Shown here: positions 56,763-64,000 of the stretch, piece by piece
Layout of the letters: the number at the start of each line of letters is the position of its first letter
Position numbering within the stretch: position 1 is the first letter of the stretch
NCBI GenBank assembly: GCA_963817515.1
Contig: CAWFPJ010000002.1
Coordinates: 39,454 to 103,453 of the forward strand
Origin: Bryobacterales bacterium
Lineage (GTDB): Bacteria; Acidobacteriota; Terriglobia; Bryobacterales; Bryobacteraceae
DNA length: 64,000 bases
Reading direction: 5' to 3'
Translations under genes and position numbers: made by a program
Notes under the pieces: model-generated
The model's database searches: none
Told to the model about the DNA's origin: nothing
The model's input: the letters and a program-made list of their open reading frames with translations, nothing else

Positions 56763-57551
56763 ATGGATTTAGGACTGAAAGGGAAGGTCGCCATGGTGGC
56801 GGCTGCGAGCCAGGGTTTGGGGTTTGCCATCGCCAGGACCCTGGCTTCGGAAGGCGCGCTTGTCTCCATCGCGGCACGAAAACAGGAGATCATAAACGCC
56901 GCGGCCAGCCGCATCGAAGAAGCCACTGGCGCGCAGGTGATGGCCACGGCTGCCGACGTCAATTCGGTAGCCGCCATTGAAGCCTGGCATCGGAACACAG
57001 TAGAAAAATTCGGCGGCGTAGACATTCTGGTGACCAACTCGGGCGGCCCGCCTCCCGGTGCGGCTTCGGGGTTCGACGATGCCGCGTGGCAGGCCGCGTT
57101 CGAACTACTATTGATGTCCGTGGTGCGGACGGTCCGGGTGGTGCTGCCGTCGCTGGCGGCACGCGGAGGCGGGAGCATCCTCATGCTCACGTCTTCATCC
57201 GTGAAGAATCAGATCCCGAATCTGGGTTTGTCGAATGTGATCCGGCCGGCGGTGGCGGCGCTGGCTAAAGCATATGCAGACGAGTTCGCAGGCAAGGGAA
57301 TTCGTGTGAACCAGTTGGTGCCGGGGCGCATTTCCACCGAGCGGCTCAGAAATCTGGATGCAGCCAACGCCAACCGGCAGGGCATTTCGGCGGAGGAGCA
57401 GCGCCAGCGTTCTGTGGCCACAATTCCCATGGGCCGCTACGGAGAGCCGGAGGAATTTGCGCGGGCGGCAGCCTTTCTGGTGTCGGACGCTGCGTCGTAT
57501 ATTACGGGCGCGACGTTGCAGGTGGATGGCGGAGCCATGCGCAGCGTCTGA
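56763..57551 (+). CDS. SDR family oxidoreductase
   Basis: AAASQGLGFAIA dinucleotide motif, NSGG, and an S...Y/K-type catalytic region. C-terminal ITGATLQVDGG. Confidence 0.75.
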   Translation: MDLGLKGKVAMVAAASQGLGFAIARTLASEGALVSIAARKQEIINAAASRIEEATGAQVMATAADVNSVAAIEAWHRNTVEKFGGVDILVTNSGGPPPGAASGFDDAAWQAAFELLLMSVVRTVRVVLPSLAARGGGSILMLTSSSVKNQIPNLGLSNVIRPAVAALAKAYADEFAGKGIRVNQLVPGRISTERLRNLDAANANRQGISAEEQRQRSVATIPMGRYGEPEEFARAAAFLVSDAASYITGATLQVDGGAMRSV

Positions 57552-57599
57552 TGCTCGAGTGCAACCGCTGGCTGGTGGCGCGGCTAGATCAAACGCAGT

Positions 57600-58895
57600 C
57601 TAAATATTGGGCTCGCCATGAACCTCAATTTCCTCCGGTTCCACACCCTCCATGGCGGGCTCGGGCAATCGGCCGGTCAGGTTGGCCCAGCCCCAGAATA
57701 TGGCCGTGGTGGAACTGAGCGCACCGGCAATGGCCCCGATGGTCCGCGGATCCCAGCGCTGCGAAGCCACTCCGGCCAGCGTCATCGAGACCATCATTAC
57801 GGACCACTGCATCGATTCCATAGTGGAAAATACCCGCCCGCGATATTCGTCCGCAACGTGGCGCAGCAACTGGCTCATGTTCAGCACCGAGCTTACGCCA
57901 ACTGCCGCGCGCGAAACGGCGATGAAGACCAGCGCCCACCCGAAGCTGCGCATCTGGCTGAACACGATGTATGATCCGCCGTGGCAGATGTAGCAGATGG
58001 AAATGGCGCGCTTGTAATTCTGAAAGCTGATCCGCCGCCCCATCCAGTGGGCGATGGCGCCGCCGCACAGCAGTCCGATTCCGGCACAGCCCCAGATGGT
58101 CCCGATACCGGCCGGTCCTCGCTTGAACACCAGCTCTCCGAAGATGCTGAACAGGATTTGCGCCGCGCCGCCGCCCGTGGCCCATCCTACGGCCACCAGC
58201 GCGATGGCGAAGATCAGCGAATGGCCGCGCATGTACCGCAGCCCCTCCATATACTCGTGCCACGGCCGTACCACTTCGGCCTCGGTGAGCGCGCGGCGGG
58301 CGGCGCGAAAGCCGCGGCCCGCCAGGCTCAGTCGCGAGATGCAGAGCGCCGACACCAGGAACGAAAGCGAATTGAAGGAAAAGGCCCACGTGTATCCGAA
58401 CTGCGTGACGCTGGCGCCGCCCAGAAACGCGCCGACGCTGAGCGTGGTCCACTGCGTGGTCTGGGTCAGCGAGTTGGCCGTGTGTAATTCCTCTTTGGTG
58501 GCAATGGCGGGCAGAATGGCAGCGCGCCCGGCGCTGAAGAATGGCGACGCCAGCATCAACAGCCCGCTCAGTACGTAGACCAGCCACGTGTCCGGCCGGT
58601 TGACCGTGAAAATGAAACCCAGGGCCACGACGGCGCGCAGCAGGTCGCTCAAAATCATCACTCGCTTGCGGTCCAGGCGGTCCAGCACCACCCCGGCCAG
58701 CGGCCCGGCCAGCATCGCGGGTACGGCCCGCGAGAGCATCACGCCGGCCACCACCATCCCGGAACCGGTATGGGCCAGCACCAGACCGAAGACGGCGATG
58801 TTGTTGAAGTGGTCGCCGATCTCGCTCACCACCTGTCCGATCCACGTGTTGCGATAGTTGCGGTTGTGGCGGAGCAGTGAGACGAACGAATTCAT
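57600..58895 (-). CDS. MFS transporter
   Basis: I place the start at ATG 58895 (MNSFVSLLRHNRNYRNTWIGQVVSEIGD). About 12 hydrophobic segments. The GPLAGVVLDRLDRKRVM loop motif. ORF-track 59180 is a spurious extension. Confidence 0.8.
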   Translation of the reverse strand: MNSFVSLLRHNRNYRNTWIGQVVSEIGDHFNNIAVFGLVLAHTGSGMVVAGVMLSRAVPAMLAGPLAGVVLDRLDRKRVMILSDLLRAVVALGFIFTVNRPDTWLVYVLSGLLMLASPFFSAGRAAILPAIATKEELHTANSLTQTTQWTTLSVGAFLGGASVTQFGYTWAFSFNSLSFLVSALCISRLSLAGRGFRAARRALTEAEVVRPWHEYMEGLRYMRGHSLIFAIALVAVGWATGGGAAQILFSIFGELVFKRGPAGIGTIWGCAGIGLLCGGAIAHWMGRRISFQNYKRAISICYICHGGSYIVFSQMRSFGWALVFIAVSRAAVGVSSVLNMSQLLRHVADEYRGRVFSTMESMQWSVMMVSMTLAGVASQRWDPRTIGAIAGALSSTTAIFWGWANLTGRLPEPAMEGVEPEEIEVHGEPNI

Positions 58896-58902
58896 CCGCG
58901 CC

Positions 58903-60018
58903 TCAACCGATGGACTCCTCGCGCACCGTGATGCTGCGGATGTAATCGGTATCGAGGGCGTAGCCCAAGCCCGGCTCGTCGCGAACCACGATGGTGCCGC
59001 GCGGCGTTGTTTCCACCGCGGGCTGGATGATGTCCTGCTTCCAGTACCGCCGGCTGGCCGAGACGTCGCCCGGCAGCACGAAATTGGGCAGCGTGGCCAG
59101 CGCCACATTGTGCGCGCGCCCAATGCCGGCCTCCAGCATGCCGCCGCACCAGACGGGAATTCCGGCTGCCTGCGCCACATCGTGTACGCGCCGGGCTTCG
59201 CGGAAGCCGCCTACGCGCCCCAGTTTGATGTTGATAATGCCGCAGGCGCGCATTTTGATGGCTTGCTCGGCGTGATGCGCGGAGCGAATGCACTCATCCA
59301 GGCAAATGGGCGTTTGCAGTTTTGACTGCAGCTCGGCGTGGTCTATGATGTCGTCGTGGCTGAGCGGCTGCTCAATCATCATCAGGTAGAAATCATCCAG
59401 TTTGCGCAGGTGGTCCGTATCGGCCAGCGTGTAGGCCGAGTTGGCGTCGGCCATGAGTTTGATGGCGGGAAACCGCTCGCGCACCTGACGCACGACATCT
59501 ACATCCCAACCCGGCTTGATCTTCATTTTGATGCGCTGGTAGCCATCGGCCAGTTCGTGCTCGATCTTGTCGATCAGTTGTTCCACCGAATCCTGAATGC
59601 CGATCGACACGCCGCATGGGATCTCATGCCGCGCGCCTCCGCCAATTTGCTTCCACAAGGGAACGCCCGCGCGCCGGGCTTCCAGCTCCCAGACGGCGGC
59701 CTCCAGTCCCCCACGCGCCATGTTGTGGCCGCGGATGTGGGCGGTCAGCGGGTAGACGTCTTCGGCCGATTGCAGCGGCTTGCCCAGCACGCGCGGCGCA
59801 ACATAATCGCGCAAAATCATCCACGCCGAGCCGGTCCACTCTTCGTTGTAGAAGGGATTCTCACCGGCCGTAACTTCGCCCCACCCGGAGATGCCTTCGC
59901 ACAGCACTTCCACCAGGATGATGTCGCGGCTGTAGGTGCGGGAGAAACTGGTCTCGAAGAAATGCACCAGCGGCATGCGGATCTGGCGCAGCGTGATTCG
60001 CTCGAGTTTCAATGCCAT
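58903..60018 (-). CDS. Enolase-superfamily o-succinylbenzoate synthase / N-succinylamino acid racemase-type enzyme
   Basis: MALKLERITLRQIRMPLVHFFETSFSRT...GWGEVTAGENPFYNEEW. The KxK region IKMKIKPGWD. Metal ligands MADANSAY, MIEQPL, DECI. Confidence 0.75.
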   Translation of the reverse strand: MALKLERITLRQIRMPLVHFFETSFSRTYSRDIILVEVLCEGISGWGEVTAGENPFYNEEWTGSAWMILRDYVAPRVLGKPLQSAEDVYPLTAHIRGHNMARGGLEAAVWELEARRAGVPLWKQIGGGARHEIPCGVSIGIQDSVEQLIDKIEHELADGYQRIKMKIKPGWDVDVVRQVRERFPAIKLMADANSAYTLADTDHLRKLDDFYLMMIEQPLSHDDIIDHAELQSKLQTPICLDECIRSAHHAEQAIKMRACGIINIKLGRVGGFREARRVHDVAQAAGIPVWCGGMLEAGIGRAHNVALATLPNFVLPGDVSASRRYWKQDIIQPAVETTPRGTIVVRDEPGLGYALDTDYIRSITVREESIG

Positions 60019-60794
60019 GCCTCCAGAAGGTAGGTTCCCTCAGTGTCGCTGCGCTCAAAACCCGTCACTGCCAGACCGCTTTCAAACGCGCGCAGAAACC
60101 GGTCCGCGTTGGCGGCTTGAATTTCGCGGGCGCGCACGCTGTCCACGGTGCGAATGTGCGCGATATCGGCCGGATACGAAATGTTTTCCTGTGGGTTTCG
60201 CACCACGAACGCGCCCGCCAGAATCGAGCGCACTCGCGGCGTGTCGATCCACCATTCGGCGATGCAACGGTCCGTCGGCAGGCCGCCGTGCAGCGGGCTG
60301 GAAGTGGTGCCGTACTGGTTGGGATAGTAGTGTCGTACAATCGCGCCCAGCCTTTCGATGTTCAGGAATGCGTTCTTGAGCTCCAGCGGATCGAATGTCC
60401 ACTCGATCAGCTCAATGCCGCGCGAGAGTGCTTCTTCGCGCTGCCGCAGCTTCAGCCGCCGCCCGATTCCGGCATTGTGATACCCGGGCAGAACGCCCAG
60501 CATGTGGCTGTGCAGGTAGGGCAGGCCGACTGTTTTGATGCCGGGTTTAACACCGTCTGTCTTTACACCGTCTGTCTTTATACCGGGAATGGCAAAACAG
60601 AAGCCCACCATTTCCGCGCCGTCGTATGCGCCGAACACGTGCCCGCCTATTTTGCTGGCCACTACCAGAAAACGTACGGGAAGCAATTCGACCTCGGCAA
60701 AGCCCCAGATGACCTGCTGCAGGCGCAGCACATCCGAGAATTCATCGAGGCGGGACAATTGGCGAATTTCAATCACCTTTTCGCTTCCTGCCAT
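60009..60794 (-). CDS. GNAT-superfamily acyltransferase paired with the NSAR/OSBS gene
   Basis: GYHNAGIGRRLKLRQREEALSRGIELIEWTFDP is the acyl-CoA binding region. A 10-nt overlap links it to the downstream enolase-superfamily gene. It contains an internal 2 x 15-bp duplication. Confidence 0.6.
   Translation of the reverse strand: MAGSEKVIEIRQLSRLDEFSDVLRLQQVIWGFAEVELLPVRFLVVASKIGGHVFGAYDGAEMVGFCFAIPGIKTDGVKTDGVKPGIKTVGLPYLHSHMLGVLPGYHNAGIGRRLKLRQREEALSRGIELIEWTFDPLELKNAFLNIERLGAIVRHYYPNQYGTTSSPLHGGLPTDRCIAEWWIDTPRVRSILAGAFVVRNPQENISYPADIAHIRTVDSVRAREIQAANADRFLRAFESGLAVTGFERSDTEGTYLLEAWH
60550..60579. repeat. Perfect 2 x 15-bp tandem duplication inside the GNAT CDS
   Basis: ACACCGTCTGTCTTT at 60550-60564 and again at 60565-60579. 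On the coding strand this gives PGIKTDGVKTDGVKPGIKTVG and stays in frame. Confidence 0.9.
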
Positions 60795-61558
60795 AGCGCC
60801 TCCATTTCCTGGATGTTGGAATCTTCCAGCTTCTTTCCGCGCTCCGCCAGGGTGCGTTCAATGAAGCCGAAGCGCTTCCGGAACTTGGCGTTGGTCTTTC
60901 GCAGGGCTTGCTCGGGGTCTACTTTTACAAACCGCGCCAGGTTGACCAGGACGAACAGCAGGTCGCCCATTTCGTCTTCCAGTTCATCCTGGGCCGCGCT
61001 GCGGCGGGCCTCATCCAGTTCCGCCAGTTCTTCATGAAGCTTCTCGATCACCTGCTCGGGATTCTCCCAATCGAATCCCACGTGCGCCGCTCGCGACGCA
61101 ATCTGCTGCGCCTCCACCAGCGCCGGAAGCGCGCGCGGCACCGAATGCAAGAGGCCTTCCTCCGCCTTTCCCTGGCCGCGTTTCTCAGCCGCCTTGGCTT
61201 CGCCCCAGATTTTCTTTACGTCGTCCGCGGACTGCGCCGTTTCATCCCCAAACACGTGCGGGTGCCTCCGGGTCAGCTTCTGGTTGATGGCATCCAGCGC
61301 GTCTTCGATGCGGAACAGGTCCTGCTCGGAGGCCATCTGGGCGTAGAAAACGGCCTGTAACAGGAGGTCGCCAAGCTCTTCGGCCAGATCTTTCCAATTG
61401 CGCCGGTCGATGGCGTCCAGCACCTCATACGTCTCTTCCAGCGTGAAGGGCTTGATGCTGTCGAAAGTCTGCTCGCGATCCCAAGGGCAGCCGCCCGGCG
61501 CGCGCAGGCGTGCCATGATCCCGACCAGTTGTTGAAACTTTTCGCCAGCGGTTTTCAT
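60773..61558 (-). CDS. mazG: Nucleoside triphosphate pyrophosphohydrolase MazG
   Basis: LRAPGGCPWDREQTFDSIKPFTLEETYEVLDAI plus a second EELGDLLF-type EExxD/E repeat (DEMGDLLFVLVNLAR). Confidence 0.9.
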   Translation of the reverse strand: MKTAGEKFQQLVGIMARLRAPGGCPWDREQTFDSIKPFTLEETYEVLDAIDRRNWKDLAEELGDLLLQAVFYAQMASEQDLFRIEDALDAINQKLTRRHPHVFGDETAQSADDVKKIWGEAKAAEKRGQGKAEEGLLHSVPRALPALVEAQQIASRAAHVGFDWENPEQVIEKLHEELAELDEARRSAAQDELEDEMGDLLFVLVNLARFVKVDPEQALRKTNAKFRKRFGFIERTLAERGKKLEDSNIQEMEALWQEAKR

Positions 61559-61669
61559 TTGGGAGGGGTTTCCCCCAATTTAACATACGCGTCGCCAGCC
61601 GCCTCACCGTGACACAAACGTGACAGATCCCGAACCGTATTCGGAATCGCTGCGTGTACAATCGTGGGT

Positions 61670-63605
61670 ATGATGACGCCACTGAAGGAGTGGCTCAAGC
61701 CGCCCCGCAGTCTGCTCATCATACTCTTCCTGCTTACCCTCGTCTCCGTGTCTGCGTTGGGCTGGTTCGGGTGGAAACTGCTGGAGCAGGAACGCGTGGT
61801 CGAAGCGCAGCGGGCACAGGACCGCGTGGAACAGGCCGCGGACCGGATCGCCGCCACCATGCGCGGGACGCTGGCCGAGACCGGAGAACGCCTGGGCGCG
61901 TGGGCGGCATCCCCGCCGTCGGACGGCAAGCCGGATGAGGGTTTGCTGCTGATCCTCACCGAAAGCAGCCTGGCCGCATTTCCGCCGGAGCGGCTGCTCT
62001 ACCGGCCCTTTCCTTCGCCTGAGCCAGAAGCCGCCCCAGACCTCTTTGCCGAGGGTGAAGTGCTCGAATTCCAACAATCTCAGCCCGTCAGAGCGCTCGA
62101 ATGGTATCGGAATCTGGCCCAGTCGAAGGACCCAGCGGTTCGGGCAGGCGCACTCATGCGCATGGGCCGCGTGTTACGGAAAACGGCGCCCGGCGAACCA
62201 ACGCGCAAGGTTTATGCGCAGTTGGCGGCAATCCACGGCGTGAGGGTTGCGGGCGCGCCGGCGGAGCTTGTGGGTTGGCACGCGCTCTGCGAGTTGCCAG
62301 GCCGGCCCGGGGACACGGAAGCTTTGAAGGCCGGCCTGCTTGGCGCGCGCTGGCATCTGACCAGGGGACAGTTCGAATATTACTGGTCGGAGGCTTCCCG
62401 CATGTCGGGAAGAGAAGCATCGCCGCCGGCGGAGCCAGTAGCGCTGGCCGAAGCCGCGTCGCTGGCATGGGGACAACGCATGCGTGAGCCGAACGCTCGC
62501 GGGCAGGGCATTGTCCTGGTAGACGGCCGGCCGTTCTTCCTGATCTGGCGCGGCAGCACGGGACGGCGGGCGGTGCTGGTGACCAGGCCCGATTCGATGA
62601 TGAAGCCCGCGCTGGCCGGCAACCAATTCTTCGTGGCCGCCGTGGATAGCGATGGGCGGGCCCTGGCAGGGCAATACCCGCGGCCCTCCGGCTCTCACCG
62701 GACCGATCTGGAGGGCCGCGGGTACGCGGTGCGAACGGCTGCCGAAAGCCAGCTTCCGTGGACGCTCTACGTCACCGGCTCGCAAAGCGCTTTGGATGGG
62801 GGCATGCTGACGCGCCAGCGCTTCCTTCTTCTCGGCATTTCCGTGATGGTCCTGTTCCTGATTGCCGGCACGTATTTTATCGCGCGCGCCATCCGCCGGG
62901 AAATGGAAGTATCTCGTATGCAATCGGATTTCGTCTCGGCGGTCTCGCACGAGTTCCGCTCGCCGCTCACTTCCATTCGGCAACTGTCGGAGATCCTGAT
63001 GCTCGGCAGAGTGCCCAATGAGGAGCGCCGCCATATCTATTACGAGACCCTGGTGCGGGAAACCGCGCGGCTGCAGCGGCTGGTGGAATCGCTGCTCAAC
63101 TTCGGTCACATGGAGGCGGGCGCGCGCCAATACCGCTTCGAAGAACTGGAGGCGGCCACGCTGGTGGAGCGCGTGGTGGGGGAGTTCGCGCCGCAAATCG
63201 CCGGCGCCGGCCGCCAGATCGAAGTGCATGGGGCCGGGCTATCGATGCCAGCTCGAAGCCGACCCAGAGGCGCTCTCCGTGGCTCTTCGAAACCTGGTGG
63301 ACAATGCGCTCAAGTACTCGCCGAATTGCCCCACTGTATGGGTGGAATGGGAGGCTCAAAACGAATATGTGGCGATCCGCGTGCGCGATCAAGGAGCGGG
63401 CATTCCAGTTTGGGAACGCAAAGCCATCTTCCGGAAGTTCGTACGCGGAACCGCGTCCGTGGCGGGGAATGTGAAAGGCTCCGGAGTTGGCCTGGCCATG
63501 GTGCGCCATATCGTGGCGGCCCATGGGGGCATGATCAAAGTGGCCAGCGAACCAGGCCAGGGGAGCACGTTTACCATGCTGCTGCCCGCGGTGGAGCGGC
63601 CATGA
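61670..63605 (+). pseudogene. Sensor histidine kinase (periplasmic sensor, HisKA, HATPase_c), one apparent frameshift near 63235
   Basis: ATG 61670 opens a frame that never closes inside the window, so it is missing from the ORF track. Two TM segments. H-box SDFVSAVSHEFRSPLTSI. After ...QIEVHGAG the kinase text continues in the frame of ORF 63018-63605 (YRCQLEADPEALSVALRNLVDNALKYSP, DQGAGIP, GSGVGLAMV). The break is in a G/C run at about 63231-63240. Confidence 0.8.
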
Positions 63606-64000
63606 CGCGCATTCTGGTGGTGGAAGACGAGCCCGGAATCGCTCTTGGGTTGGAAGACGACCTGAAGATGGAGGGCTATGAAGTGGAGACCGTGGGAGAC
63701 GGAGTGGCGGCCACACGTAGAGCGCGCGAGACGGCGTTCGATTTGATCCTGCTGGATGTCATGCTGCCCGGCAAAGACGGCTTCGAAGTGTGCCGTGAGT
63801 TGCGCCATGCCGGGCTGCGTACTCCGATCCTGATGCTGACGGCGAAGACCCAGGAAGCCGAGAAGGTGATGGGCCTGGAATTGGGCGCCGATGATTACGT
63901 GACTAAGCCCTTCGGCACGCGCGAACTCCGCGCCCGTATCAAGGCCCTGCTGCGGCGCGGAAACGGCGAGCAGGAACTGGAGCGCTGCCGCTTCGGAGAC
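63602..64000 (+). CDS. OmpR-family response regulator, 3' end outside the window
   Basis: ATGA overlap with the kinase stop. MTRILVVEDEPGIALGLEDDL...FDLILLDVMLPGKDGFEVCREL...ILMLTAK...GADDYVTKPF. Confidence 0.85.
   Translation, partial: MTRILVVEDEPGIALGLEDDLKMEGYEVETVGDGVAATRRARETAFDLILLDVMLPGKDGFEVCRELRHAGLRTPILMLTAKTQEAEKVMGLELGADDYVTKPFGTRELRARIKALLRRGNGEQELERCRFGD

Noticed and set aside
61670-64000. A single open frame running from 61670 to the window end, which could be read as one fused kinase-regulator protein
   Set aside because: From about 63240 the frame-2 translation is nonsense, while the HATPase_c motifs (NLVDNALKYSP, DQGAGIP, GSGVGLAMV) are in the frame of ORF 63018-63605. That ORF ends in an ATGA overlap with a normal response-regulator start at 63602.
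1-64000. Mobile elements, prophage, integrases, CRISPR-Cas, toxin-antitoxin or known defence systems; rRNA, tRNA and riboswitches
   Set aside because: I found no transposase, integrase, phage or cas-like translations. No intergenic region is long or structured enough to suggest rRNA or tRNA. I found no B12-box or SAM-box upstream of the receptor or rSAM genes. Absence is judged by eye only; tRNAscan, Infernal and ISfinder runs would be needed to be sure.

Overview
GC-rich bacterial chromosomal segment. The gene content points to Acidobacteriota of the Solibacter/Bryobacter type: DUF1552, DUF1501 and DUF1549/DUF1553 pairs, an ASPIC/UnbV FG-GAP protein, a TonB-dependent receptor with a CarboxypepD_reg N-terminus, and many Tat-signal exoproteins. 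This is inferred from gene content only. I support about 50 protein-coding genes. I saw no rRNA, tRNA, CRISPR array, transposase or integrase.

Main landmarks:
- 29.8-39.8 kb (minus strand): a respiratory supercluster of Rieske, split cytochrome b, octahaem cytochrome c, cupredoxin lipoprotein, haem O synthase, ABC exporter, SCO1 and DUF420.
- 47-57 kb: a carbohydrate/redox block of GH116, a CobW-like GTPase, SMP-30, a PQQ dehydrogenase with two N-terminal c-haem sites, a secreted RraA-like protein and a purine nucleoside permease.
- 58.9-60.8 kb: a GNAT plus NSAR/OSBS pair.
- Several two-component signalling genes.

Most interesting locus: a compact plus-strand cassette at 24351-29664. It encodes a B12-type radical SAM enzyme with a RiPP-maturase-like GCWWGEKHHCTFCGLN motif, then a 969-aa fusion of a phosphoribosyltransferase domain, an AMMECR1 domain and a helical-repeat domain, then a translationally coupled Lys/Pro-rich peptide made of nine IEVAPP-type repeats. 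I know of no described system with this composition. I propose it as a candidate new peptide-modification (RiPP-like, AmmeMemoRadiSam-related) system.

Other observations: a REP-like intergenic repeat with four copies, three in-frame tandem coding repeats, and strong convergent-gene hairpins.

Major caveat: by my reading about 27 frame changes are concentrated in about 10 genes, while more than 15 kb of large ORFs are intact. This indicates either uneven consensus quality or real pseudogenisation.

All family assignments come from motif recognition by eye. No searches were run.
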